From assembly GCA_013265495.1 (NCBI GenBank), contig MU057701.1:682001-746000 (forward strand): DNA of 64,000 nucleotides. The letters run 5' to 3'. Source of the stretch: Vicugna vicugna. Taxonomy: Eukaryota. The notes under the pieces are model-generated. The model did not search any database and had not been told where the DNA came from. It saw only the letters and a list, made by a program, of their open reading frames with translations. Below, piece by piece: positions 26,071 through 39,890 of this stretch (positions are counted from its first letter, which is position 1; every line of letters starts with the position of its first letter). Both the position numbers and the translations under genes were made by a program.

Positions 26071-29000
26071 AAACTTTCCAAGCAGGGTCACCAGCCACCT
26101 TGCGAGATGTCTCCATCTGTGACCACACCAGAGAGGCTAACTCTCTCAGGGGATGGTAAGGGCAGGAGCCTGGACACCAAGAGGTTTAGAACTCTCCATC
26201 CCATCAACCTACTTCTCTCCCTCTTCCGTTACCCCTTTCATAAACAAATCACCTTCATCTGTATTGGCAGCAACAATGCTTTGTTAATGAAAAGAAGCCT
26301 TTGGAATAATAGGGCATTAAACAGGAGTCCAGCCTTCAACAACCCTGACTGCATCATTTTTAGGCCACTAATGGGCAACTCACTTCCCAGTGAACAAATA
26401 GGTATTCTCTTTCAGTTCTCATTTCTTCCAAGGAAAAGAAAGCTGGGCCACCAAGTCTTGCTGAAATACCATGCCGACTGCTGATTTTTAAAACCACTGC
26501 TGTTCTTTTGGCCTAATAATGTGGAACTACCACAATGCTGTGAGCAAAGCCAATTTTTACTGGGAGTACTAGGATGATGGTACTACCCAATTCCATCCTA
26601 GAGAAAGGATTTTTGTGTTTTAATTTTTCAAGGGGGAAAAAAACAGTTTAAACTCCTGAAATAATTTGCATGAATGAGGTTCTCCAGAGCTCAGTGCCCA
26701 GGGTAGCCATTCCAAATCTTACCAGTTGGATTTGGTAGTGAAACGCCAAACCAATTAGGTCAAACAAAACCAAGGCAAATGAGCTCCTAAACGTCAGATC
26801 AAAGCCAGAGATTCTAAGTCTGCCAGGAGTGGAGCTGCCGATTGTGGCATTGGGTCCCTGACTCAATAGAAAGAGCCCCTGGGGAAATGGCTCCATGCCC
26901 CAAGAGGCAGGATTAAACCTAACAAAACATCCACTGAAGGAAGAAACCACTGAGCTTGTTGAAGAGGGATCTCTGGGAAAGGTAACCTCTAGAACGTATG
27001 GATGGGGATTCCCAGCCCAGGCTTTCCATGTGGAGATGAAACTCAGCCCTAATGTAATAAGGGGCTCTGGCTTTGGGACACCTCCCTGGCCATCACAGCC
27101 ATTGTAGTTCATCAGCACCAATGAGGATTCACCATCTTGAATCTCCTCCTTCCTTCAAATGACTGGATGGATGGAGAGATGAGCAGAGCTGCAGTGAGAT
27201 GATGTGAAAGGCAAGGAAGGCATTAAAAAGACCAGCACGGTCTTGGCACATAATAAGCATTTCATGAATGTTCCCTCTTCCTGCTTTAACATTGAGATCT
27301 GCAGATGGGTTGCTGGGATGGTTGCTTAGTAGGAACCAAGTGTCTTGGGAGAGTGGCTGCCATGAGTTGGGCTATGGGATTTTGTTTGTGTATTGCTTTT
27401 TACTTGTTGGCGTGAATGGGGAAGAGAAGCAGAGGGTTGTTTTCAACACTCCAGTTCACAAGATCACAGAGTTTTCTGCAGGTGCAGCAAGATCCTTCAG
27501 AAAGTAGAGCCATCTGTACCATTGAGACTTTTTTTTTAAATGTGTTGTTATTACTTTTGTTATTGTTTAACCTGAATTCAGACTGGCATGTGTCTCTGAT
27601 ACATCACCTCTAAGAAACCTTAGAGGTTACATTTACTGTTTGGTTTGCCAGCTTGGAGCAATCTGTGGCACTGGGAGTCCCAGGATGCTACCCAAGGTAG
27701 TTTGAGCACTTCATTAACTGTGCACCATGAGCCTTTTACCCAGTGTTTTTAGAATAATAGTTAAGACTTTAAAAGAAGGAAGCAGGTTCCAAAAGGCTGA
27801 AGACTTTCAGCCAGAAGTGAATAGATGCAACCAAACTCTTCTTCAGTTCCATCTCACGGAGAACCTCCCTCTGTATTTTCAAGAAGACAGCCATTAAATT
27901 CACAAGTTGCTCAGAACTTAGGCCAGCTACAATAGCCTCTGCTGTTTTTAGTCTTATTAAAACACCAGAATTTCATGGCCCTTAGAGCAGAGTTCCCAAT
28001 TCTGATTAGAATCACCTTAGGAGGTTTAAAAAAAAGTACAGATGCCTGGGACCCTCTCTGCACCCACCAAACCAGACCCAGTGAGATGGAACCCAAGGAT
28101 CTGTGTGTAAATGCACCGGGTTCGGGGGAATAGCCTCAGAGCGGAGCTTCCTAACCTTTTTCATGCCATGATGCACGTAGAAAGTGATCCATTTTGACTG
28201 GCATATCAGGAGCTCCTGCGTAGAGATGACCACCCCACAGGGTCAGGAGGCCCAGTCTGCTTCCCCAGGGGCCAAAGTACCTTGTCCCACCTTATCCATT
28301 CAAGGTAGGGAAGGTCTGCCTCGGAGAGCTCCATTTACCGTGTTCACATTTTTAAACCATTTTATTACTACTTACCTTTGTAGAGGCAAAAGGAAACAGC
28401 AATGTAAGCCTGGAAGACTGCCCATTCCCCTACCGAGGGAGGGGTCAATACCTTTGAATTGCATTCCATCTGTGGAGAATCTGGTACCATCTGTCATGTG
28501 CAGAGTCATATTCAATGCCTTCCTTGCCAGCTAATAGTGTTTTTATAATATACATTTGTGCAGTTGTCTCCTAAGTTGCTCCTGAGTTGGGGACTGGCTT
28601 CAGATCAACCCTCATCGAAGTTTATTTCCTCCAGTCAAAGACCATAATCAGTGTCCATCAGCTCCTCTGGCTAGATCTTGCCTGAGCCCTTTCCCAACTA
28701 GCTCTGAGAATCTACGGCTGCAACTCTGGGATGATGGAAGTAGTTTTTTTTTTTTTTTTCCCTTGAGAACTAAGACCTAACCCAGTGACTCTCTCCTCCA
28801 CTTCGTCATTTTTTTTTTCATACTCCCAAGTACAACTGTTCAGCTTCTGCTCCAAAAATATCCAGAAAAGAATAGGTGCTATTAAGTTGCTTGTCTTCAT
28901 CTTTTATTGTTAAGGGGCCCAAAGAAAGACATACAATTACCAGCTCATTAACTTGGGCCTTCGAAGTTTCAACAGATTTCTCACAGGATTGCTAAACCTG

Positions 29001-31129
29001 GCTTTAGAAGGACAGGAACTAACTTTTGAGAAAAAGAAAAGTCTTGCTAAGTTGTTTTATTCTATTATATCATTTAATGCTAACCACCCAGTAGACTAGA
29101 TATTATTTCCATTTTATAGACAGGGAAACTGAGGCTCAGAGAATCTAAGTAGCTTGCTAGAAGTTTCAGGCAGTCTCGATTCAAACCCCAAAGATTCTCC
29201 TTCCCCACCAAGCTGGCTCCTTCAGGTAAAGCTGGGGGTACAAACACTGTTGTCTATCTTTTTAAGAACGCTCCTTTTTTTTTAAGAAAGAAATTTGTTT
29301 TCTCCTGAAATGTATCTTGCTACCCCTGAGCCTCACTGACCATATGAACGGAGGATCCTGGGGAAAGACAGAGTAAATAAGGAAGAGGAAGGGTTTTCCC
29401 AGCCCCTCGGTTACCCTCTTTAGGTTTAATGATCTGACAGAACTTGACTCCCCATCTTTTAGGAAAACTTTTCTCCTTGTGAACATTCTAGAAAATAGTG
29501 AGCTGGCCAAAACAAACCTGGTCCAGAAAAAAACAAAACCTGGCCAGCCCACAACTGAGTAATACAGGAATCTATTAAAGAAAAAATAAAAGTCATAGTC
29601 CCGAAGAGTATGCCCACAGACCACAGTTGGGGAAACATTCCTCTTCTCATTTTATCATCCCCACGACAGTCTTCAAGTTAAATAACTTGCCCAGGTTCAC
29701 ACAGGTAGCCCTTGCTGGAGCAGAAATTCAGACCCAGAGGTGTCTCATTCCAAAGCTCCCCACAGAAATGCTTTGAGCCCAGATAACAATAAAATATATT
29801 GTGTCAAACAATGAAGGCTGAAATAGTCCAAGAAATCCATTCATTATTTTTACCCTCTGTATATACTGGGATTCCAAATAATATTATATTTGGGAAAATG
29901 AGTTCTTAAGCTAAAATAAGTTTGAAATCTATTCCACCTTTGAAAATGGAAATCTTTTATTGCCTTCAAATACAGATCGACTGGCTTATTGAATATCTCT
30001 ATCCCAGTTTCTGTTCAACAAGCTGGAGGTCCAAGTTTCCCAAAATAATACAGTACAGGAGGAGCAAGCTAGATTCAGGGACAGTTAATCCAGCGCTGAT
30101 CGCCGTTGCCATGTTGCAAGTCATCAAGAATATTTGTTAGTCTATTATGAGTTTTTGATTTAATAAGCTTAAGCTGTCTATGGGCCAAATTGTATATCCT
30201 CAGTATGGATATATGATATGGTTGTCAGTGCTTCATGGCCTATGTCCAAACAGCACAGCTAAGATCAGAGTGAGCTGGGACCATCCACAACACACAGACC
30301 CAGCTCAAATTCTGCAAAGGGAGCCAGGTGCTAAGGGCCCCCTTTATGGGAAGAGCTTGGCTCACCGGCTATTAGGAGAGCTGGTGGCTGGCCTCTCACT
30401 GTCACACAGTAAGGTGGGGTCCTCTCCAGCGGGCCCTTGAATGACCTTATTGGTCTTGAGTAGAGGTGACCTTAAAAATATCAAGTTATATCTGTTCATG
30501 CCGAAAGGAACAGGTTAGCTTTATGGAACAGTATATTAGGGAGACGTCTCTTGTTGCTCTGGAAGTGGGGACCAGGCCCAAAGCTGGGGACAAAGAAGAG
30601 TTATAGGCCCACATCCCACAGGCAGCTGCTAATCCCGGGGGCCAGATACTCCCCAGGGCTGACCCAGTGGCCCAGCTGGCCCTCTCACCACAGCCCCGTC
30701 GTCCATCTCTCCCCATTCATAGTCTGTATTTGAAGATGGGGAGTTCTCTGAGTCATTGGGGGTACACTTCTTGCCTCACCGAAAGCCATGTGAAGGGAGA
30801 ATTCCAAGAGAATTAATTGCAGAAATTGGAGCATCTGTCCAAAAAAAGCTAACTATTTGCTGAGCTGGGAACCTGCAGGTCCACCCTCAGCACTGCCATC
30901 CCATGAACCTGGGGTGAGACTGAAAAGTGGCCCCAGAAGTTTGTAGGGGAACAGAGAGGTTGACTGATGCCTGTTGCCCACCTGGAGATTTCTGAAGGAG
31001 GAGGCTTATGGAAGGAGTCCATGGCAAGGGCTGAGACGGAACTGTGGGAGGGTGAGTCTGGGAATAGCATGGGGGCATTCCCTAGGACACTGTACAAAAG
31101 GAAGATAGTTGTGTCCTACTTCAGAGGTT

Positions 31130-31759
31130 TGTAGTGAGGAGAATTCCAGGGTGTTTACGCTAAGACCCACCAATTCTCCAATTCTCTGACACCGATCGGG
31201 TGTCAACAATGCAATTCAGTTCTGACACTCCCTGGCTTTAGCATCACACACTGCAAGTTAAAGGACTCAGTCCCAGCAGACCACTCTCACTCAGATGCCA
31301 GTCACAAGTCCAGAGCCACCACACGCACTGCTGTGGTTATTTTTCCCTCCTTCCCATAACGCTGTCCTCACGTTCGAGAACTTGCTGGGAAGGCTCACAA
31401 AACTCGGGAAAACACTTTACTTACATTTACTAGTTTATTACAAAGAGTACAGTTCAGGAACAGCCAAATGGAAAAGGTGCATAGGCCAGGGTATGAGGTG
31501 GGGAGGGAGGGGGGAAGGTATGGAGCTTTTGTGCCCTCTCCAGGCATCCCACCCCACCTGGGCACAGTGATGTGCTCACCAGCCCCGCAGCTCTCCAGAC
31601 CTCCTTGCCAAGAGCTTGTATATTCCAATCACCAGCCTCCCTCTTTCGCCCTCCTCAGAGGTCAGTGGACTAAGCTCTAGATCTTTCTGGTAACCAGCCC
31701 CATTCTGAGGCCATCTAGATACTGCAAACTAAGTCACCTCAAATACATCTTATACCACA
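31130..31759. mobile_element. MER21-like solo LTR nested in a MIR
   Basis: TG...CA termini; caattcagttctgacact, gatgccagtcacaagtcc and aaacactttacttacatttactagtttatt are MER21 hallmarks. The MIR core is split on both sides (31090-31129, 31760-31835). Confidence 0.8.
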
Positions 31760-32419
31760 GAGATTAAATGAGAGTAAATCTAAAGTGTCCCACCGAGACT
31801 CTGGTACACGGCAAGCATTTGAGGAACATTAGCTAGAAAGGTGACTTCTCCCTCCTTCCATCCTCCACTTCCTCGTGGCCACATCTCTTGGGGTTCTCTT
31901 TTGCCTTCATCTTCTCACTAACACCTAAAAGGCCCCTGCAGTGGTCCCCCTCCGGGCTAGAGACCGCTGACTATTACATTGTTTGGTGGTTTGTGCCCAA
32001 ATTTCCCATTCTCATGCTCCCTCTTCTTCAAGTAGAGACTTTTGAGTTTTTCTGGCACTGAATTCGAACTGAGAAGAGCTCAGAACACCCACCAAAACAC
32101 TCCCCCGACCACAGCCACCTTTTTCTCTGCCTTTCTACATGTCAGACACACCTTATGAGTCAAGCTCCTTTAAGAGAGTCGCTTTGCAGAGGACTAGCTC
32201 AAATCACTCGGTGTTCACAGTACCCGCTAGTGCCAAGAGCAAATGCTTTAAAAATAGCACTTTAGGTATTAACTGCTAACAAAGCAAGAATTGGCTGCTT
32301 CTGGCTACAATTTGCATTTAGGGGTTTTTTTGTTTTGTTTTGTTTATAAGCCGATGCATAGCAGGTGACCTTTTAAGTAAAGTTTTTGGTCAGTTCTCAA
32401 GCGCACTTATGAAAGCTCC

Positions 32420-32748
32420 TTAGTTCTGTTTTTTGGGGTTTTTTTTTTAACAGCTTTATGAGATGTAGCTCACGTACCATACAATTCACCCATTTAAAAT
32501 GTAGTATTCAGGGGATTTTAGCTGATTCACAAATGTGGGTAACCATCACCACAATCAAATTTAAAACGGTCTCATAACCCCAGAAAAGAAACCCTGTATG
32601 CTTTAGCTACCACCCTCCTACTCTTCTACCCCCAGGCCTAGCCAGGCCATAGGCAATCACCAGTCCTCCTGTCTCTGTGGATTACCCTGTTCTGGAATTT
32701 TCATATGAAAGGGACCCATTAATATGTGTCTGTTGGGACTAGCTTCTT
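32420..32748 (-). mobile_element. 5'-truncated L1 (L1MB-like) 3' end with TSD
   Basis: acagctttatgagatgtagctcacgtaccatacaattcacccatttaaa...; TGAAAGCTC occurs on both sides (32410-32418 and 32749-32757). Confidence 0.8.
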
Positions 32749-33731
32749 TGAAAGCTCTAATTTTTATGTGTATCCCTCTTAGGCTTCAAGTTCAAGAAGT
32801 GTTGGCCCAAATTCAGGGCTAAATTTTACCTGGTTGAAATGGCTATTCATTGAAGGGGCATGAAAATAATATCTGTAACACCTCGGGGTCTTCAAGGAAA
32901 GTTCCAGAATGCAGGGGGGAAATCTGATACTCTTCAGATTTATTCATTCGTTCCTATTTGAAGGCCGAGCATTATAGTTACATAATATAGCAATTCTTAG
33001 GTGGTTACTGCTTAGCCCTTTTTCATTTAACATTTATCAAAACCTTCTAATTTCAGCTAAGAGGGCAAGCCCCTGTTGGCTATAGTCTTTGGTGGTTCAA
33101 ACTGAAAGCATAATTAATCACGGAGACTTTATATCTTGGTGAACGTCAGCTGATAATATTGCCTCTGAGACGCACGCTGTGCTCCAACCAGGCCAAGGTC
33201 TCCTGCGGATTTCTCCTTGCACCTCCCAGGTGTGAGACTGATTCTAACAAACGCAGGGACACTGTTTCACATGGGCTGCGCTAATCAGGAAGCCCTTAGC
33301 GTCCCCTTTGTTCTGCTTTGTCCAAGTGCAAGATGGATGAGACCCGAAGGTGTGACTGACCCTGGGGAGAGGAAGCCATCTAAAGAAGATGTGCCCGCAC
33401 AGAAAGGTGGCCAGCGAGGTCCATCTGGCCCCGGGGAGACAGCCCTGGCACCGGCTCACCTCTCTCCATACAGATGGGCTTTAACAGCAAGGGTCCAATT
33501 TGCCATCTGCCAAGCCCAGGGAGTGCCGACAGGATCCGGAGCCAGAGCTCTCACTGTGGATGAATTTAGAAGCCCCCCAGCCAGAGGAACTTGCAGCCTG
33601 GCATGTTCTCAGCTAATCAGCTGCTGCGCAGGGCCCTCGAAGCAAGAGCATTGACCGAGAGGGTGAACAAGCTATGAAAGAGTCACAGGGGAATCTAGAA
33701 GACTTCCCTTGTGCAAACCTCTCTGACCTGG

Positions 33732-34189
33732 TATTATAGGTTGAATTGAGTCCCCCCAAAAGACCTGTTGAAGTCCTGGCCCCCAATACCTGAGAGCGTG
33801 ACCTTATTTGCAACTAGGGTCTTTACAGAGGTAATCAAATGAAATGCGGTTGAGTGGGCCCTAATCCAATATGATTGCGTCCTCACGAAAGGGGGAAATT
33901 TAGACACAGACAGACATGCCCAGAAGGAAGATGGTGCGAAGAGACATGGGGAGAACCGGAGTATACATCTGTAAGTCAGGGAACACCAAAACTGCCAGCG
34001 AACCAAACCACCACCAGAGCGGGCAGAGGCACAGAACAGAGTCCCCTTTGCAGCCCCCAGAGGGAACCTACCCTGCCGATACCTTAATCTCAGACTTCTA
34101 GCCTCCGCAACCATGAGACAATAAATTTCTGTTGTGCAAGCCATTCAGCTTGTGGTTCTTTGTTCCAACAGCCCTAGAAAACTAACACA
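33732..34189 (+). mobile_element. Full-length MaLR solo LTR (MLT1C-like)
   Basis: ttataggttgaattgagtccccccaaaa start, gaccttatttg...agggtctttacaga, acaataaatttctgttg and gccctagaaaactaacaCA end. Confidence 0.88.
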
Positions 34190-35379
34190 GCTGAGTTCCC
34201 CATTAGGGAAGTGAGCTCCGCCCCAGCTTGGAAGATTACTGGAAGGAAAGGATTGCGTTTATCTCCGTGTAGCTCTCGACTCCTCAACAGGAAAGCTTTT
34301 CAATAACCCCCAAGATGCTCAAAGCCTGTCTGACTTCAAGGCTGACCCATCCTGCCTTTGGGAGATGGCTTCACCTGCCGGGGAAGCTCCCAGCTTGGCT
34401 GGGACCAGCTCCTGCGTGTGCCACCGTGTATTTCCAGAACCCCGGTGCAATTAGTAAAATCCCTTCCTTTGAGGGACCAGCCTGCAGTAGAGCAGTCTGC
34501 TTTGCTCTCTGCCACGTCAGCCTGTAACAGAGTGTTCCTGAAACATAAGAGAAAGAGGGAAAGGAACTCATTTTAAGATTGAAGACTATCACTTGTCCTT
34601 GGCCCAGAACCTAGTCATAAGCATCCAATAAGCAAAACCATTTTCCTGGGATTTCATCCACCACGTACTGACAGGTGAGAGCTTCTGGAAGACGCAACTG
34701 CCCACCCTGCCTTTCACTGGCACGAGGACACCAGTGTGATGGTGGGCAGCTGTATTCTTTGGCACTTATTTTTCTATACACTCGACTACAGGATAACAAA
34801 GTAATAATAATCCTCCAGCACCTCAGAGATTCCTGCTGCCTGTCTTCTGAGGAGCTTAATGAGACTCGAGAAAATTGCATTACGATATCTCTTAAGGATG
34901 TTTCAGTGTCATGTGTTTCTTATTGCTCTGGGGTGTCTCCTGTATGTTGTGCATCACTTGTGGGGTGTTGGGCTGGGGACTTTGCCGACATTATCCAATT
35001 TAAGCCTTGCAGCAGTCCCACAAGGGAGTTAGTACTAACACCATCCTGCCGGTGAGGAGACTGAAGTTCCCCTCCAATAGATTGTGCCAGCATTTCAGAT
35101 GAGAATGTCCTGTCCACATGGACTAGGGGTGGAGAGCCCAGGTCTGGGAGTCAGGCTGACCTGAGCTTGAATCCTGGAGGACTGTGGATAACTCAGCCAT
35201 CATCTCTGAGCTTCGGGCTCCTCACCTGGAGCACAGAGATGACATGTGTACCGTAGAGCAGTGGTTTAACCTTGGCTGTACGTTCACATCACCTGCGGAG
35301 CTGTTGAAACGCTACATAGACCCCACCCAAGACCAATTTGATCAGAGGCACCGGGGGCTTAACCTCACTTCTCATCCCC

Positions 35380-35736
35380 AGAGGTTCCTGTCACACTTCC
35401 CGGAGGACAGAAGTCCTTAGTGAAGGTGAGGTTCTAGGGGAGAGTTTGCTTCTTCCAGCTTCTGGGGGCTCCAGGAATTCGGTGGTCTATGAATGCATGT
35501 CTCCAGCCCCTGTCTCCGACTTCAAGTGGCCTCCTCTCTGGGTCCTCTTTTCTGTCTCTTATAAGGACTCTTGTTTTGGGATTTAGGGCCCACCCTCTTC
35601 AGCTAGGATGATCTCACCCTCTAGATCCTTAGTTTCATTACATCTGCTAAGACGTTTTTTTCCCAAATAAGATCTCATTCTTAGGTACCAGAGGTGAGGA
35701 TTTGGACATATTTTCAGGGGATCACCAATCACTGCA
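35380..35736 (-). mobile_element. Partial MaLR LTR (MLT1C-like), antisense, next to MIR and MER5 fragments
   Basis: cttccagcttctgggggctccagg...tcttataaggac...ggatttagggcccaccct...ttacatctgctaagac...ccaaataag. Confidence 0.75.
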
Positions 35737-37768
35737 GAGAACCTTCACTGTGTTTTCTGACTGTACCCGGTTGGGATCCAGCAACAGTTTGGAGATGCAT
35801 AATCCCTCAGCCACACTAAATCAAGTTTTACGTCTTGTTAAAATAAGCCAACCCCTGAAACCAAAGTGTAGGAAGGCCCAGGGGATTTGTAGCATCAGAG
35901 ATGAAGGTGGAGGTTTATAAACTTTATTTTAAAATAAGGAAACCTGGAAATGAACGTTTAAGATGTGAAACAGTCCAGTTCTCTTATAAAGAGTAAGTGC
36001 TTCAACAGAGTTTAAATCAGAACCAAAATACCGGAGTAGCTATAGAAACACAAACTAGAAATTTAAAGAATAAAAAAATATAAAAAGATGTAAGAAAGGT
36101 CGACTGATGTATGAATGGGGCAATTTAGGTGTTTATGTTCACAAACTCAAGTGAGAACGTGAGAGTGGCAGATAACAATTTCAAGAGGAGTGGGTGTTTG
36201 GGGGGAAGGCGGGGAGGAGGCGTAGAGGGGAGGGGGCGGACCATGAAAAGGGGGAACGTTTGCAGTGACCAGAATATTTCAGATAAGATCCAGTGGTCTG
36301 GTTTTTTACATTCTGTTTGTTTAATTATTTCGCTTCTCTTCATCCGAAGGCGTTCAGCTGAAATGTTCATTTCTGATCTTGAGTTTTGATTAAAGGAGTC
36401 CTCTGGTAAATCCTTCTCCCTTTCCTCCCTCCAGCTCTTTGAAAGTGAATCCCTAATTACAGGCCACGTATGAGATTTACTAGATGAAATCAGCAGCTGT
36501 GGATATGACACCAGACTTGCAAAAAAATCAACACACACTGTTGCCATAAAAAGCCCAATTGTTAATTGCTTTTTGGGCATCTAGCTATAACAAAAACACC
36601 CTTTTGCTGTTTAACATTAAAAGTAAATGTAGTGGAAAGAACATTGGGTTAGAATTAGGGGAGGCTGGGATTCTTGTCCCAGCCCTGTTACCAAGCGCCC
36701 GTGGTTTGGGGACAAACTATTTCATTTCTCTCAGGCCTCAGTATCCTTACCCATAAAATTGAGGCTATGAAATCAAATTATCACTTCCAGCTTAAAAACC
36801 CTATTCTGTGCCTTGAAAATACAGAGTACTTCTCATTCCCATCTAGCCTTTTCCCTAAACATTACTTCACAATAGCCTAATAAAGTCTGACAATTGTGCG
36901 GTTCAATGGGGGATCACACACGGACATAAGTACCTGCACAGTTTCGCTGTGCAGGCAGTTCTTTCCCGGTCTTATTCAGAACTGAAGCTTACTGTGAGGC
37001 CCCACAATTCTTAACTGCTTTGGAAATAAAATCTGCCGGTGTTCCACGTTTAATGTGACAGTGTCATATTTCATTCTTCAGATGTCTGGAATCTACATGA
37101 AGATTCTAGAATAGGTATCATTTCAAGTTCAACAGTGGTCGGCTGAAGGAACAAGTTGAGGCTAATCCATAAATCAGGGGCTTGGGGAGGGGGTGGGGCA
37201 CAGCCAGCTGACCCCGGGCCTCCATCCTCAGGCCTCTGCCAGACCCACAGCACCTGTGGACCTGAGGGGAGTGAAGGCAGCTCAGGCCACTGGCACACCT
37301 GCTTTGTTCACTGGGTCCTTGGTCTGTTACGCGTCTGGGTTGCCAGGAGCGTTGGCCTCTTGCTTTCACCTGCCTGCTGGCTCTACAGCTGTCCTTTGCT
37401 TACAGCCTCCACTCAGGTCCACGAGGGTTGGCCTCTGTGTGTTCCGGTTGGCCACAGCGTGCAGCCCTTGTCTTTTGAGCCTCAAGATAATTGTCCACGG
37501 GCTGAGAATTATACTTATCACTTGCCTCTTGTGGGAAAGTCGAAGGGCAGATGGGGAAGGAAACCAGCTGCCCCGTTTGACCCCGGCTTTCGTATCTTTA
37601 AGTCATGGGAGCTGCGTGGCTGCTGTACACGTCTTTGTCTGTGGCACCTGTGCACATAGCTTGCTGTATGAATTTTTGGTGCGTTCTGTGCAAGGACAAA
37701 GCAGCGTGCCTTCTCTTCATCTTTGGAGATCCAGTCACTGCATCCATTTTGGAACCTACTTGATGCTT

Positions 37769-38240
37769 TGTTTTGTTATTTCTTGCTAAGGAACAATTAT
37801 CCCAGAATTTAGCGGCTTAAAACAAAAGTGCGTTATTTCTCAGAATTCTGCCATCTCAACTGGGCTTAGCTGGGCAGGTCTTCTGTTCCTCTTGGTGCGT
37901 GCTTGGACTGAAATATCAAAGATGGCTTTTTCACTCACATGCCTGGCTTTTCAACTGGAATGAGTGAGCACCTCTTCACGTGGGCTTCCTCAGCATAGTG
38001 GTCTCAGGGTAATCAAACTGGACTTTTTACATTGTGGCAGGCTTCCAGTCTCCAGCTTCCCTTAAAAGACCTGAACTGACCCAGTGTCTCTTCTGCCACG
38101 TTCTAATGGTCGAAGCAAGTCACAGGTCAGTCTAGATTCATGGGGAAGGAAGTAGCCCCCACCTCTTGGTGAGACAAACAGCATGAAGGCACAGTGAGGG
38201 AAGGAACTGATGGTGACCATCTTTGGAGATTATCTACCGT
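37769..38240 (-). mobile_element. Old MaLR LTR (MLT1H/I/J-like)
   Basis: aatttagcggcttaaaacaa...ctgggcttagctgggcagg...cttctgccacgttctaatggtcgaagcaagtcacagg. Confidence 0.7.
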
Positions 38241-39334
38241 AGTCTCCCTGGTGCTATGTCTCTTGATTTAATTATATCTCTTTGTTCTTAATGGCATTTT
38301 ATGGTATAGGAACACAGATCAGGGAGGAATTAGTCTCATGGCCTTAAAGATCAAATCTTTTACCAGCAATTCCGGGGTCCTTTGTAAAGGCATTGCTGTC
38401 TCTGCCCCAGGCTGTAGGATTGAGCATGTTACTCAAAGGCTTCACTGACTGCCTTGGAAAGTGCAAAAATGGCCAACATCACTTGAGCACTTGCCATGGG
38501 CCAAACTCTATGCTTATCCTTTTTTCATTTATAATGTTATTAAATTATTATACTCTTTCCAGGCCCATGCACATAATTTCAGTGGCCATTTCTGAGTTGA
38601 TCCAGGTGATAAAAATATAGCATGGCCAATTTGGTACCAAAGATTCAAAAATGCTATCCACACTCAACAACACCAACCCCTCCACTCCACTTCAATAAGT
38701 GCCTCCTGAATCCCCGGAAGACATTAGCTTCTATTTTCCAAAGAAGAATCTATGGCAGGAATATTGCTTACTAATGGATCTTAGATTCCTTTCACGAGCC
38801 CAAGTTCTACTTCTTTGATGTTAAGCACCGCAGAAGCACTTATTTTCTTGGGGTACTTAGTATGCATTCTCTTTTCCTCACACCCTTCCAGGATTCCTTT
38901 TGTCAGTTTTGCATCCTATTAATTATATATTTGCCCGACTCTGGTCCCTTTCTATCCCCAGGCCCATTAACTTCCTGCAGTTGCTACACATAAGGAAAGA
39001 CCCTGGAGGAAAGTTAGGGAACAGAGACCATCCAAGTAGATTTGAGTCCATTCTGTTGAGTGGAGGGAAGTGCCCTGTGATCACACACAGACCACACCCT
39101 TCCGACCACACGTACACCAGCTGCCCTCTGACAACCCTCAGCGTGAAGAAATCAGGTCGAGAGAGGCCATAATGTAATGCCTGACTCTATGCCGTGCCTA
39201 CAATGCGCATTCAGTAAACACACTTAGGTTAATGATTACTATAATATCATTTTATGCAAGAATATCAGCAAACCCAGAGCCAATGCACACCCTGAAAAAT
39301 TGTACGGAGATAGTACACAGCGTTTTTTTATATT

Positions 39335-39650
39335 ATTTTTATGTATTTTTCACAGCTTTATTAACATCTAATTTATATGCCATAAAGTTCACCCATTTAA
39401 AGTCTACAACTCAATGGTTTTTAGCATGTTTACAGCGTTGTGAGCCATCACCTCAAATCTAATTTTAGAGCATTTTCATCATCCCAGAAAGAAACTTCGT
39501 TCACATAGCAGTCAGTCGCCATACCAGCACTCTCCTCTAGCCTTAGGGACACAGATCTACGGCCTCCATAGATTTGCCTATTCTGGGTGTTTCATATAAA
39601 TGGAATTTTACACTGTGGCCATTGGTGACTGGTTTCTTTCACTTAGCTTC
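39335..39650 (-). mobile_element. L1MB-like 3' end, ~85 bp upstream of exon 7
   Basis: acagctttattaacatctaatttatatgccataaagttcacccatttaaag...tagatttgcctattctggg...tttcacttagc. Confidence 0.8.
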
Positions 39651-39734
39651 CCTTCTTCACTTATGTCATATAAATGATGGTTGAATTTTTAAGTTATCCT
39701 TTTCTCTCATATATATATATTTTTTTTCCCCCAG

Positions 39735-39890
39735 GATCCTAAGCACTTCAAATCTGAGAAGACAGGACGGGGACAGTTAAGGGAAGGCTGGAGAGACAGT
39801 CATCAGCCCATCATGTGTTCCTACAAGCTGGTGACGGTGAAATTTGAGGTCTGGGGGCTTCAGACCAGAGTGGAACAATTTGTACACAAG
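39735..39890 (+). CDS. PITPNC1: PITPNC1 internal coding exon (156 nt, ~residues 155-206; exon 7)
   Basis: ccccAG acceptor and GTAAGT donor. Translates to [52 protein letters not shown], containing the PITP-family motifs KTGRG and MCSYK. Confidence 0.98.

Noticed and set aside
25882..26484. 200-aa ORF, the longest in the track
   Set aside because: Non-ATG start, overlaps L2-derived sequence, has no recognisable domain, and lacks splice signals fitting the gene.
36195..36240. G-rich tract with G-quadruplex or SP1 potential
   Set aside because: One loop is 12 nt and there is no CpG island or other promoter evidence; such tracts are common.
37156..37789. Overlapping 167-aa and 198-aa ORFs
   Set aside because: GC-rich intron with low stop density; Cys/Leu/Pro-rich random-looking translations with no homology I recognise.
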